Origin: an uncultured Sneathiellales bacterium
GTDB taxonomy: Bacteria; Pseudomonadota; Alphaproteobacteria; CAYFNG01
Reading direction: 5' to 3'
Assembly: GCA_964344385.1 (NCBI GenBank)
Contig: CAYFNG010000001.1
Span: 621,273 to 685,272, forward strand
DNA length: 64,000 nucleotides
Under the pieces are notes generated by a model. The model searched no databases. It saw only the letters and a list, made by a program, of their open reading frames with translations, and was not told the origin of the DNA. Positions 9,788 through 20,264 of this stretch are shown here, piece by piece (position 1 is the stretch's first letter; every line of letters starts with the position of its first letter). Made by a program: the position numbers and the translations under genes.

Positions 9788-10999
9788 ATGACGAACAAGC
9801 ACACCGATATCATCGTGATCGGCGGCGGCATGGTGGGGTTGAGCTTCGCCGTGGCGGTGGCCGAGGCGGGCCTGGCGGTCGCGGTCGTCGACACCACCGC
9901 ACCCGCGGCATTGACCGACGCCGGGTTCGACGGGCGGGTTTCGGCGATCGCCTATGCCAGCGCCTGTGCCCTTGAGGCGACCGGGGTCTGGGATCATTTG
10001 ACCGAGGCCCAGCCGATCCTCGAGATCCGGGTCGATGACGACAATTCGCCGCTGTTCCTTCACTACGACCATCGCGACCTGGGCGACGAGCCGCTGGGCC
10101 ATATGGTCGAGAACCGGCATCTGCGCCGGGCTTTGTTCGCCCGGGCCAGGCAACTCCCCGGCCTGACCTTGCTAGCACCGGCGGCGGTGGCAGAACTGGA
10201 CCGCGGCCGCGACAGGGTGGTTGCGACTTTGACCGACGGGACCGTGCTAACCGCGGCGCTGGCAGTGGGGGCCGAGGGGCGCAATTCACCCAGCCGCGAA
10301 GCGGCCGGCATCCGCCTGATCTCCTGGTCCTACCACCAGACCGGCATCGTCTGCACCGTGGCCCATGAACGGCCCCATCGCGGCATTGCCCATGAGCATT
10401 TCCTGCCTGCCGGGCCGTTCGCCATCCTGCCGATGACCGGCAACCGGTCGTCGCTGGTCTGGACCGAACGCGAGAAGCTGGCGCCGGCGATCATGGCCCT
10501 GGACGACGCCGGCTTCATGGCCGAACTGGAGAGCCGTTTCGGTGATTTCCTCGGAGATTTGGAGGTGGTGGGCCCGCGTTGGAGCTATCCCCTGTCGCTG
10601 CAGCAGGCGGCCAGCTTCACCGCCCCGCGCCTGGCGCTGATCGGCGATGCCGCCCATGGCATGCACCCGATTGCCGGCCAGGGCCTGAACCTGGGCCTGC
10701 GCGACGTGGCGGCCCTGGCCGAAGTGGTGGTCGAGGCGGCCCGGCTTGGCCTCGATCTCGGCGGTGCGGACGTGTTGAACCGCTATCAGCGCTGGCGGCG
10801 CTTCGACACGGTCTCACTGCTGGCGGTGACCGATGTGCTGAACCGGCTATTCTCCAACGACATCCCACCGATCAAGCTGGCCCGCGACCTGGGTCTGGCC
10901 GCGGTCGACAAGATGCCGCCCTTGAAGAAGCTGTTCATGTCCCACGCCCGCGGCACCGTCGGCCGCCTGCCCCGCCTGCTGGCCGGCGAGGCGCTGTAG
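9788..10999 (+). CDS. UbiH/UbiF/VisC/COQ6-family FAD-dependent monooxygenase (ubiquinone biosynthesis hydroxylase-like)
   Basis: 403 aa. GxGxxG motif DIIVIGGGMVGLSFA and C-terminal GDAAHGMHPIAGQGLNLGLRD motif. Confidence 0.85.
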   Translation: MTNKHTDIIVIGGGMVGLSFAVAVAEAGLAVAVVDTTAPAALTDAGFDGRVSAIAYASACALEATGVWDHLTEAQPILEIRVDDDNSPLFLHYDHRDLGDEPLGHMVENRHLRRALFARARQLPGLTLLAPAAVAELDRGRDRVVATLTDGTVLTAALAVGAEGRNSPSREAAGIRLISWSYHQTGIVCTVAHERPHRGIAHEHFLPAGPFAILPMTGNRSSLVWTEREKLAPAIMALDDAGFMAELESRFGDFLGDLEVVGPRWSYPLSLQQAASFTAPRLALIGDAAHGMHPIAGQGLNLGLRDVAALAEVVVEAARLGLDLGGADVLNRYQRWRRFDTVSLLAVTDVLNRLFSNDIPPIKLARDLGLAAVDKMPPLKKLFMSHARGTVGRLPRLLAGEAL

Positions 11000-11073
11000 A
11001 GCCTGCCACATCCTTCGAGACGGCGGGACAGGTCCGGGACAGTCGAAAAAGAGGCAGTTACCGTTTCTCGGAC

Positions 11074-11436
11074 CTACCGGGACAGGCCCTGCTCTTCGAG
11101 CGCGGCGAGATAGCCCTGCCACAACTCGTCCTGGCGGCGGCCGAAATCGTAGAGGGTCGGCCAGGAATAGAGGCCGGTGTCGTGCATGTCGTCGAAGCAG
11201 AGCCGGACCGCGTAATTGCCGACCGGTTCGATCTTGATGATGCCGACATCGCGCTTGCCTGCCACCACGGTCTTCTGGTCGGGCCCGTGGCCCTGGACCT
11301 CGGCCGACGGGCTCTCGACCCGCAACAGCTCGGCCGGCAGGTGAAAGGTCTCACCGCTGTCGAAACTGACCACCAGGGTCTTTTCCTCGCTCACATAGCG
11401 CAGTTCGGTCGGCGTCGGACGGTCGGTCTGGGTCAT
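11074..11436 (-). CDS. DUF971 (gamma-butyrobetaine hydroxylase-like N-terminal domain) family protein
   Basis: The C-terminal 120 aa (LRYVSEEKTLVVSFDSGETFHLPAELLRVESPSAEV...) fit DUF971. Start set to the internal ATG at 11436. The longer 180-aa ORF has an implausible N-terminus. Confidence 0.6.
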   Translation of the reverse strand: MTQTDRPTPTELRYVSEEKTLVVSFDSGETFHLPAELLRVESPSAEVQGHGPDQKTVVAGKRDVGIIKIEPVGNYAVRLCFDDMHDTGLYSWPTLYDFGRRQDELWQGYLAALEEQGLSR

Positions 11437-11506
11437 GCGGGATACTCTGGTTGATGCTTCGGGCCTGGCCAGGGAGATGGCGCGGGCGGCGTGGAATTCA
11501 AGCGGT

Positions 11507-11695
11507 TCAATCGTCCAGTTTACGGGCCTCGTCGACCAGCATGATCGGGATCCCGTCGCGGATCGGGTAGGCCAGCTTGGCCTCTTCGCTGACCAGCTCC
11601 TGGCGTTCGGCATCATAGCTCAACGGCCCCTTGGTCAGGGGGCAGACCAGGATTTCCAGCAATTTGCGGTCGATCGCGGCTTCGGTTTCAGTCAT
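11507..11695 (-). CDS. Trm112-like (DUF343/UPF0434) small protein
   Basis: 62 aa, [60 protein letters not shown] at 11695 behind AGGTGGGAG. Confidence 0.7.
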   Translation of the reverse strand: MTETEAAIDRKLLEILVCPLTKGPLSYDAERQELVSEEAKLAYPIRDGIPIMLVDEARKLDD

Positions 11696-11720
11696 CGCTC
11701 CCACCTTCGAGATTGCTCGG

Positions 11721-12382
11721 TCATTGCATCGGGTGCTCGTCGCCGGCCTCGTCGCCCAGCGCCGCCATTTCCAGCAGCGCGGTCATGACCCCGGCCCGTT
11801 CAGCCCCCCATTTCGATTCAAGAAGCGCCTGCTTTTCGCTGGCGGTAAAGGGTGAAACCATCGCCACCTCGTCGACCAGGGTGCCGGTCGGTGTCTCCTC
11901 GATCGCCGACCAGTCGGCGTCGATATTGCGGGTCCCGAGAAAGGCGCGCAGGGCCAGCAGCAGGCGTTGCCGGTCGATCCCGTCACCCGAGGCACGCTCG
12001 AAATCGCTGCGGAAGCGGGCATAAGTTGCCAGCACCTGACGATAGGGCGTCACCGCCGGCAGTTCCTCCACTACGCTGAACCGGCAGAGGCCGGTCAATG
12101 TGATCAGATAGCGGCCGCCCTCGATGGTCTGGAATTCGCTGATCTGGCCGGCGCAGCCGATTTCGAAGGTTTCCGGCTTGGCCTCGGTGCTGTCGGTCTG
12201 GCGCGGCTGGATCATGCCGATCACGCCCTCGCCGCGGCGCGCGTCGTCGACCATTTTCAGGTAGCGCGGCTCGAAAATGTGCAACGGCAGCCGGCAACCC
12301 GGCAGCAGCAACGCCCCGCTCAACGGAAAGATCGGCAGCCGGCGCGGCAGTTGCTCGAAACTCAGCGGCGCCGCGGTCTCGC

Positions 12383-12386
<4 letters not shown>
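11721..12386 (-). CDS. LON peptidase N-terminal (substrate-binding) domain protein
   Basis: 221 aa with the LON-N signature [29 protein letters not shown]. Its start overlaps the stop of the upstream thioredoxin gene (ATGA). Confidence 0.8.
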
Positions 12387-13288
<902 letters not shown>

Positions 13289-13361
13289 GTGCTTCCGTCT
13301 TACAGGCTGATCGGCGCGGCTTGGGCGCCCAAACCAAACCTAGGCCGTGCCGTGGGTGAAT

Positions 13362-13868
13362 TCAAGCGCGGGTCGCGGGGCCCAGGTCCAGGATCTGCGG
13401 CTCATGGCCGCAGGCGCGGACGAAGGTTTCCAGGTCGGCCGCCGCAATCTGGGTGGTGGCGGCATTGTCCAGGGGATGGAAATTCAAGGGATCCATCGCC
13501 ATCATCGCCGCGTCCAGCACCACCTTGACCCGCTGGTCCCGGTCGTTGATCAGGGAAAACGGGGTGACCGCGCCGGGTTCGATCCCCAACACCTCGACCA
13601 ACAGTTCGGCCCGGCCGAAGCTCAGGCGGGCGGCACCGATCAACTTGTCCAGCTGCTTGAGATCGAGGCTGCGGTCCTCCAAACAGACGACCAGCCAAAG
13701 CTGGCCTTTTTTATCCTTGAAAAACAGGTTCTTGGTGTGGGCCCCGTCCAGCTCTCCGCGCAGCGCCTTGGCCTCTTCGACCGTATAGACCGGCGGGTGC
13801 CGTTTGGTGGTGGTTGCGATGCCCAACTCGTCCAGCCGGGCCATCAAGTCCGCTTCCGTCGCCGCCAT
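13362..13868 (-). CDS. YbaK/ProX-family aminoacyl-tRNA deacylase
   Basis: 168 aa. HTKNLFFKDKKGQLWLVV ... GAVTPF motifs typical of the YbaK/ProX trans-editing domain. Confidence 0.8.
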   Translation of the reverse strand: MAATEADLMARLDELGIATTTKRHPPVYTVEEAKALRGELDGAHTKNLFFKDKKGQLWLVVCLEDRSLDLKQLDKLIGAARLSFGRAELLVEVLGIEPGAVTPFSLINDRDQRVKVVLDAAMMAMDPLNFHPLDNAATTQIAAADLETFVRACGHEPQILDLGPATRA

Positions 13869-14020
13869 GGTGCTGCCCCCCGAAACCTGCTTCCGAAGCC
13901 GCGCACCATAGCAAAGCGGCGGTGGCGATCAAGCCCGGGCCGGTGCAAATCGGGCTTGCAATTGCCAACTTTTTGCGTAGTATCCGGCTGCTGTTGCCGG
14001 ACGCGGTTCGGCGATACGGG

Positions 14021-14095
14021 GCGGGCGTAGCTCAGGGGTAGAGCACAACCTTGCCAAGGTTGGGGTCGTGAGTTCAAATCTCATCGCCCGCTCCA
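14021..14095 (+). tRNA. tRNA-Gly (anticodon GCC)
   Basis: GCGGGCGTAGCTCAGGGGTAGAGCACAACCTTGCCAAGGTTGGGGTCGTGAGTTCAAATCTCATCGCCCGCTCCA. The cloverleaf folds by eye, with anticodon loop TTGCCAA, U73 discriminator and encoded CCA. Confidence 0.9.
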
Positions 14096-14156
14096 AATTT
14101 CCCTACTAATTTCAATATGTTAACACCGGACGACGGGCCATGCGGCCCGACCGGTG

Positions 14157-14498
14157 CTATTTCGGCGGCAGCGATGCGGCATGTCCGAGGGCCAGGTCGA
14201 ACCAGGCGTCCAGGTCTTTGTCGCCGCAGGCCCCCTCGGGTACGAAAAAGAAGCCTGTCATTCGCCGGCCGCCCTGGACCATCGGTTCGGCACCGGGCAG
14301 CGCCGCGCCGCGGTCGTGGTTGTCCTTGCCGACCCGGAACATGAAACGCCCCAGCCCCTCACGTGTCCGGTCGGCCCCACCGATCATGTTGCCGTTGAGC
14401 AGAAAGCAGGTACCGCCCATCATCTTTTTTTCGCTGATCCCATCCACCGCCGCGAGACGTGCCCGGAGCCGGCTGTTCAACGCCTCGTCGACCGCCAT
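14157..14498 (-). CDS. TfoX N-terminal domain protein
   Basis: About 113 aa, MAVDEALNSRLRARLAAVDGISEKKMMGGTCFLLNGNMIGG. Its ATG (14498) overlaps the stop of the upstream DUF899 gene. Confidence 0.7.
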   Translation of the reverse strand: MAVDEALNSRLRARLAAVDGISEKKMMGGTCFLLNGNMIGGADRTREGLGRFMFRVGKDNHDRGAALPGAEPMVQGGRRMTGFFFVPEGACGDKDLDAWFDLALGHAASLPPK

Positions 14499-15223
14499 CA
14501 CACTTGCCCCTGGTCAGTGCCGTACCGGTCGCGGCGGCGGACCCAGGCCTGGGGGTAACTGAGGCCGGCCTCGTCGCGACCCTTGGGCGTCAGGTCGAGC
14601 AGATGATAGGCGCCGTTCAGCATGTCGAGACCCCTTCCATAGGTGGAATAAGCATGGCCGATAGCGCCGTCGGCAAAGCGGCGAAAAACGCTGATTCCGG
14701 GCATTTCCTCGCCGAACACGTCCGTCGTGTAATTGTAGCCGCCGGTCGGCCCAGGATCCCGGCCCGGGAACGTCACCCCGAAATCCAGGTTGAAATCGCC
14801 GTCACCGCTGGAGACCCAGTCGAAGCGCCAACCCATGCGGTGCTTATAGGCCTGCAGCTTGGCCAGCGGCGCGGTCGAGCTCACCACCAAGCTGGTGTCG
14901 CGGGCCGCCATATGCACGTCGATGCCATCCATATTGTCCATCCAAAAGGAACAGCTGGGACAGCCTTCCTGCCAATCAGCCCCGAACATGAAATGGTAGA
15001 CGAGCAACTGGCCGTGCCCCTTGAACAGATCGCCCAAGGTTTCGTGTCCGCGCTTGGTCTCGAACCCATAGTCCTTGTCGATCCGGACCATCGGCAGGCG
15101 ACGGCGTTCAGCGCTGAGCTGATCGCGAGCCTGATTGAAGGCCTTTTCCTTGGCCAACAGCGCCTTGCGTGCCTGAAGCCAGGTTTCGCGGTCGACAATA
15201 TTTACCTCTGACGCATTGTCCAT
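14498..15223 (-). CDS. DUF899 thioredoxin-like domain protein
   Basis: Start set at ATG 15223 (MDNASEVNIVDRETWLQARKALLAKEKAF...), behind GAGGGA. Conserved Cys pair CPSCSFW. Confidence 0.75.
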   Translation of the reverse strand: MDNASEVNIVDRETWLQARKALLAKEKAFNQARDQLSAERRRLPMVRIDKDYGFETKRGHETLGDLFKGHGQLLVYHFMFGADWQEGCPSCSFWMDNMDGIDVHMAARDTSLVVSSTAPLAKLQAYKHRMGWRFDWVSSGDGDFNLDFGVTFPGRDPGPTGGYNYTTDVFGEEMPGISVFRRFADGAIGHAYSTYGRGLDMLNGAYHLLDLTPKGRDEAGLSYPQAWVRRRDRYGTDQGQV

Positions 15224-15345
15224 CTTTGCCTCCCTCTCGTTCAAGGCCCGCGATCTTCGCTTGCCTGCCATTTACTGAACTAGTAGGTTGATTATTGTTC
15301 AATACCACAAACAGTCAACCGGAAAGTTCACTAAAGGTCGTTTTG

Positions 15346-15660
15346 ATGGGTTCACTCGATGCCACCTTCACCGCGCTGGGAGACAGCACCCGCCGGGCGA
15401 TCCTGGCCCGCCTGGCCGGCGGCGAAACCGCGCTGTCGGAGATTGCCAAACCGTTCGACATGACCCAGACCGCGGTGTCCAAGCATGTCCGGGTGTTGCG
15501 CGAGGCCGGATTGGTCGAAGTCACCAAACGCGGCCGGACCCGTTACTGCCGCCTGTCAACCGCACCGATGCAGGAAGCGATAGACTGGCTGAAAACCTAT
15601 CAGGTGTTTTGGGAGGAGCGGCTGGACGCTCTGTCGCGATTTGTGGAGGGCGACCGTTGA
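15346..15660 (+). CDS. ArsR/SmtB-family transcriptional regulator
   Basis: wHTH region LGDSTRRAILARLAGGETALSEIAKPFDMTQTAVSKHVRVLREAGLV. Start set at ATG 15346 behind AAAGG. The track ORF begins at a TTG at 15295. Confidence 0.8.
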   Translation: MGSLDATFTALGDSTRRAILARLAGGETALSEIAKPFDMTQTAVSKHVRVLREAGLVEVTKRGRTRYCRLSTAPMQEAIDWLKTYQVFWEERLDALSRFVEGDR

Positions 15661-15704
15661 CCACCCCCCGCCAGGCGCAAGCCCGACGGGGGAGATCATT
15701 GACA

Positions 15705-17294
15705 TCAGGGATTGACGGTATCGATCGGCTCGACCACCGAGCCCTCGGGCCCGAAGACCCGCACTGACACCGGCAACGAGGTAAACTTGCTCAGATAACC
15801 GCCCAACAGGCGCTGCCAGCGCTGTTTGTCGGCGTTCCAGACCAGCTTGCGGGCAACCACGCTGTTGTCGGAATTGGTGATTTCCATTTCCAGGTCCGCG
15901 GTCGGACCGTAGGCACTGGTGGCAATCACCGAGACCGAATCCTTGGATACCTTGAACCGGGCCTGCTGCACCGCAATCGAGTTGCCGACCACCGCCGGGG
16001 CAATGGCGACATCGCGGCTGGACTTGCCGCCGGTGGTCGAAACCACCGTCACCTGCGGCGGCGGTGCGTCGATGGCGCGGGCCAGGCTGCCGGCCACCAG
16101 GTCACCCAGACCGGGCACCGTCAGGACCGGGGGCGCTGCCAAATCACCCGACGCCCCTTCAATCAACAGGGTTCCGGTCGCCGTGTCGTAACTGGCGGTG
16201 CCGATCGTCACCTCGTCGACCAGGGGCCGCGACCGGGACATCGGCACATAGGTGAAGCCGCCCGGGTCGATCTGGCCCGAGGCATCGGCGTTGACGTGAA
16301 CGGCGCCCGGCAGGGGCGGTGCTCCGATGAACGGCACCGAGGCGAAGAACCGGTCGGTGTCCGGATCGTGGCTCATCGTTACCGGCCCGAAATCAAAGGG
16401 CGGCTCGCCGCTAACCGTTAGTTCGGCGGTGGGTAGCGAATTGGCGAACACGTCGATGCGGCCGCCGGCACCGTCGCGGGCATAGGTCGCGCGGGCGATC
16501 GTGGCCGGCGTTCCCACCGTACCGGAGCCCAGCTTGCCTTCGACCACGAACAGGTTGGTTTCGACCACGTCGCCACCCAGCCCGTCCAGATTTGAGCCGA
16601 GCGGACCCTGAACCCGGAACAGGTTGGTGTTGCAGGGGCTGCCGACCACGGTATGCGGCGTCAGACCGTCGCCGACATAATCGGCGGGCGGATCGCTTTC
16701 GGCCGGATCCCAGACCAGGAACGGGCCAACCCGGCCCTGATGTTCGGTATCGAAGCCGGCTGCCTCCAAGTCGTGGCTGACCCGGATCTCATGGCCCGGG
16801 CCGATCGCATCGACCTCGTACACCTCGACGCCGTAGGGATGGGTCACCGTATAGGTCCCGACCACCGGAACGTCGAGCCGGATCCTGAGGCGGGTGAAGG
16901 GGAACTGCTCACCGTCGATCGGCTCCTCGTTGAGGAAGGCCGCTTCGACGGCCATGACGATCAGTGCGTCCATGCGCGGGGTCGACAACGCGGTTTCGGC
17001 CCGCCACCAGAACGCCTCGGCGCCGAAGCCGATCTGCTGCGAAAACGGGGTGGCCAGGGGCGGGTCAAAGGCGCAGATACCGCCGACCACACCGCCGGGT
17101 CCGTCGAGGCACAGTTGCAGGCCGACGCCATTGGTATCCAGGAACCAAAGGGCAAAGCCGTTATTTGGGTTTTCAGGTCCGACCCGCAACTTCGTCGCTC
17201 CAGCCGGCGGACAGACGGACTGGGCCAGCGCCGGATTCGGGATCACCAGCGCGAATGCCACCATCACAAAGCACGCGACCAGCAATCCCTTCAT
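15705..17294 (-). CDS. exported hypothetical protein (Sec signal peptide, no recognisable domain)
   Basis: 529 aa from ATG 17294. N-terminus MKGLLVACFVMVAFALVIPNPALAQ is a classic signal peptide. The body is Gly/Pro/Thr/Val-rich with several Cys. A 530-bp AT-rich region lies upstream. Confidence 0.6.
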   Translation of the reverse strand: MKGLLVACFVMVAFALVIPNPALAQSVCPPAGATKLRVGPENPNNGFALWFLDTNGVGLQLCLDGPGGVVGGICAFDPPLATPFSQQIGFGAEAFWWRAETALSTPRMDALIVMAVEAAFLNEEPIDGEQFPFTRLRIRLDVPVVGTYTVTHPYGVEVYEVDAIGPGHEIRVSHDLEAAGFDTEHQGRVGPFLVWDPAESDPPADYVGDGLTPHTVVGSPCNTNLFRVQGPLGSNLDGLGGDVVETNLFVVEGKLGSGTVGTPATIARATYARDGAGGRIDVFANSLPTAELTVSGEPPFDFGPVTMSHDPDTDRFFASVPFIGAPPLPGAVHVNADASGQIDPGGFTYVPMSRSRPLVDEVTIGTASYDTATGTLLIEGASGDLAAPPVLTVPGLGDLVAGSLARAIDAPPPQVTVVSTTGGKSSRDVAIAPAVVGNSIAVQQARFKVSKDSVSVIATSAYGPTADLEMEITNSDNSVVARKLVWNADKQRWQRLLGGYLSKFTSLPVSVRVFGPEGSVVEPIDTVNP

Positions 17295-17744
17295 CAAGGC
17301 TCGCCTGGCGCCCCCTCCGGGGTCGGGGGGAACGGATTGAAGCTTTTTCGGCGGATATTTTGGTTTTGTGAATTTCGGATTTTGCATTGTCTGACGTCTC
17401 TCTGGTTGACCGATTCCAGACAAAGTCTGGCCAAAAGTTGTTCAGCGAGACGTAGCTGCAAGTTTCGTGCAAGGAAAACGACGAGATTTATCAAAAGCAA
17501 ATGCAATAGGTGGAAAACCTTTAAATAACAATGGGCTGGTAAGGCATGGACGCACCTGGCCGAAGTCGCCAGCAGCCGGGATTGCAAACAATTTCCGACG
17601 TGCCATAACGCCTTCGTTTGCGACTCAAAAAAATCTGTCGAAAAATTTTACAATATCCTTACAAATTCGGCATTGGGAATCCCATTAATGTTACACAACG
17701 TCATTTTGTCGGCCACTCTTAAACCGCTCCAAACAAGGCTGACG

Positions 17745-17779
17745 GCAAGAAAAGCCCCCCGGACTCTGGTCCGGAGGGC
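17745..17779 (-). terminator. rho-independent terminator downstream of dctP
   Basis: GC stem GCCCCCCGGAC/GTCCGGAGGGC (1 mismatch) with loop TCTG. On the minus strand it is followed by TTTTCTT. Confidence 0.5.
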
Positions 17780-17828
17780 GAAACAGGTGGTGGTTCCGCG
17801 GCGCTAGACCGCCGCGGCGGTAATCCTG

Positions 17829-18878
17829 TCAGCCGTAACGATAGGGCCGGCCGGCCTTCAGCATGTCGGCATTATATTTCTTGAAGATGTTGACCACCTT
17901 GGCCTTGGTCTCGCTCTCGGCGGCGATCTCGTCCCAGAACTTCACGGCCGCGGCCTCGACCTGGGCCCATTCACCGTCCGGGATCGAAGTCAGCTTCATC
18001 TTGGTGCCGTTGACGCGCAGCGACGCTTCGCCGCCCCAGTACCACCACTGACGATAATAGTGCGAGCTATCGAAGGTGATCTTCAGCAGTTCCTTCAAAT
18101 TGTCGGGCAGCTCGTTCCAGCGGTCCATGTTGGCGAAGAACGAACCCGCCCAGGCGCCGGAGATGTTGTTGGTCAGGAAGTAATTGGTCACGTCGGCCCA
18201 ACCGACCGTGTAGTCCTCGGTGATCCCCGACCAGGCGATGCCGTCCAGTTCGCCGGTCTGGACCGCGACCTCGATATCCTCCCAAGGCAGGGTCACCGGA
18301 ACGACGCCGAACTGGGTCAGGAAGCGGCCGGCGGTGGGGAAGGTGAAGACCCGCTTGCCTTTCAGGTCGGCCAGGCTGCGGATCGGATCCTTGGTGGCGA
18401 AGTGGCAGGGATCCCAGGCGCCGGCGGAAATGTGCTTGACGCCGACCTTGGAATATTCCGCGTCCCAGATCTCGTTCAGGCCGTACTGGTTGAACAGAAC
18501 CGGCACGTCCAGCGAATAACGGCTGGCGAACGGGAAATAGCCGCCGAACACCGTCACTTCCGTGGGCGAGGCCATGGAATCGTCGTCCGACTGCACTGCG
18601 TCGATGGTGCCTTTCTGCATCGCCCGGAACAGCTCGCCGGTCGGCACCAGCTGATCGGCAAAGTACAGCTCGATCTCCATCTGGTCGCCGGCGATTTTGT
18701 TGAAGCTGTCAATCGCCGGCTTGATGACATGCTCGGCCAAAGCGGGACCGGCATAGGTCTGCAGGCGCCATTTGATCTTGGACTGCGCATGCACCGCCGG
18801 GGCCGCCAGGGTTGACGCACCGGCCACGCCGGCGGCACCGGCAGCGGTCAATAATTTTCGCCTCGAAATCATTGTCAT
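17829..18878 (-). CDS. dctP: TRAP transporter substrate-binding protein (DctP family)
   Basis: 349 aa. Tat/Sec leader MTMISRRKLLTAAGAAGVAGASTLAAPAVHA, then DctP-like sequence. Confidence 0.85.
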   Translation of the reverse strand: MTMISRRKLLTAAGAAGVAGASTLAAPAVHAQSKIKWRLQTYAGPALAEHVIKPAIDSFNKIAGDQMEIELYFADQLVPTGELFRAMQKGTIDAVQSDDDSMASPTEVTVFGGYFPFASRYSLDVPVLFNQYGLNEIWDAEYSKVGVKHISAGAWDPCHFATKDPIRSLADLKGKRVFTFPTAGRFLTQFGVVPVTLPWEDIEVAVQTGELDGIAWSGITEDYTVGWADVTNYFLTNNISGAWAGSFFANMDRWNELPDNLKELLKITFDSSHYYRQWWYWGGEASLRVNGTKMKLTSIPDGEWAQVEAAAVKFWDEIAAESETKAKVVNIFKKYNADMLKAGRPYRYG

Positions 18879-18941
18879 ATCCTTTCCTCAATGATTAGTC
18901 CGGTTGTTCGCCGGGCCTTCTTGCGGGCCCTTGGTTGTCTC

Positions 18942-20264
18942 CTATTTCGCGTAGATGTATTCAGGCAGCCAAAGCGCGATGTCGGGGAAGCTCATGACCA
19001 GCGTCAGCGCCAGGATCATCACCACCACGAACGGCAGGATCGACGTGTAGATGTCCCGCAAACTGACTTCCGGCGGCGCCATGGCGCGCATCAGGAACAG
19101 ATTGTAGCCAAAGGGCGGCGTCATATAGGCGATCTGGGTGGTGATGGTGTACAGGACCCCGTACCAGATCAGATCGAACCCCAGCGCTTTGACCAGGGGC
19201 ACGTAGAGCGGCGCCACGATCACCAACATCGCGGTGTCGTCGAGAAAAGTGCCCATCAGCAGGAACGACAACTGCATCAGGATCAGGATCACCCAGGGGT
19301 TCAGCCCCAACTGCTCGGTGAACAGATTGTCGATCGCCCGGACCGCGCCCAGCCCGTCGAACACCGCCCCGAAGCCCATCGCCGCCAGAATGATCCACAT
19401 GAACATGCAACTGACCATCAGGGTTTGGCGCACCGTGGTTTCGAACACCTGCCGGTTCATGCGGCCCTTCAAAATCGCCGCCAGCAGGGCGGCCAGCGCG
19501 CCCACGGCCGAGCTTTCCACCAGACTGGTCCAGCCGTTGACGAACGGCACCATCATCACCGAGAAAATCAGGAAAGGCAGGGCGCCGGCCCTGAGCAGCC
19601 GCAGTTTTTCGGCCATCGGGACGTTGCGTTCCTCCACGCTGAGGGCCGGCCCCAGCTTGGGTTGAAAGCGGCAGCGGACAAAAATATACATGATGAACAG
19701 CCCGGCCATCATCAGCCCCGGCACCACGCCGGCCAGCCACAACTGACCGACCGGTTGGCGGGCGATCATGGCATAGAGGACCAGCACCACCGAGGGCGGC
19801 ACCAGAATCCCCAACGACGAGCCGGCCTGGATCACGCCCGTCACCATGCGTTTGTCGTAGCTGCGGCGCAACAGCTCGGGCAGTGCAATGGTGGCGCCGA
19901 TCGCCATGCCGGCGACCGACAGGCCGTTCATCGCCGAGATCAGCACCATCAACAGGATGGTGCCGATCGCCAGGCCGCCATTGACCGGCCCCATCCAGAC
20001 ATGAAACATCTTGTAGAGGTCGTCGGCCAACCGCGATTCCGACAGCACATAGCCCATGAAGATGAACATCGGCAGGGTCAGCAGCGGATACCATTTCATC
20101 AGCTTCATGGCGGCCGAGATCGGCAGGTCCGACCCGCCGACGCCCCACAGGGTCAGCGCCGCGATCGAGGCAACGGCGCCGATGGCGCCGAAGACCCGCT
20201 GGCCGGTCAAGAGCATCAGCATCATCGACGAGAACATCAGGATGGCGATCATTTCGTAGGACAT
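18942..20264 (-). CDS. dctM: TRAP transporter large permease (DctM family)
   Basis: About 440 aa, polytopic. Start set at ATG 20264 (MSYEMIAILMF...), which overlaps the dctQ stop by 1 nt (TGATG). Confidence 0.85.
   Translation of the reverse strand: MSYEMIAILMFSSMMLMLLTGQRVFGAIGAVASIAALTLWGVGGSDLPISAAMKLMKWYPLLTLPMFIFMGYVLSESRLADDLYKMFHVWMGPVNGGLAIGTILLMVLISAMNGLSVAGMAIGATIALPELLRRSYDKRMVTGVIQAGSSLGILVPPSVVLVLYAMIARQPVGQLWLAGVVPGLMMAGLFIMYIFVRCRFQPKLGPALSVEERNVPMAEKLRLLRAGALPFLIFSVMMVPFVNGWTSLVESSAVGALAALLAAILKGRMNRQVFETTVRQTLMVSCMFMWIILAAMGFGAVFDGLGAVRAIDNLFTEQLGLNPWVILILMQLSFLLMGTFLDDTAMLVIVAPLYVPLVKALGFDLIWYGVLYTITTQIAYMTPPFGYNLFLMRAMAPPEVSLRDIYTSILPFVVVMILALTLVMSFPDIALWLPEYIYAK

Noticed and set aside
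11074-11616. 180-aa version of the DUF971 gene, and the 241-aa version of the YciI-like gene (27225..27950)
   Set aside because: Their N-terminal halves are compositionally aberrant (Ser/Arg/Trp/Pro-rich) and lack RBS support. Internal ATGs give products of family-typical length.
14021-14095. tRNA-Gly as a possible genomic-island integration site
   Set aside because: No integrase, no direct repeat of the tRNA 3' end and no compositional shift. Both flanks are housekeeping-type genes.
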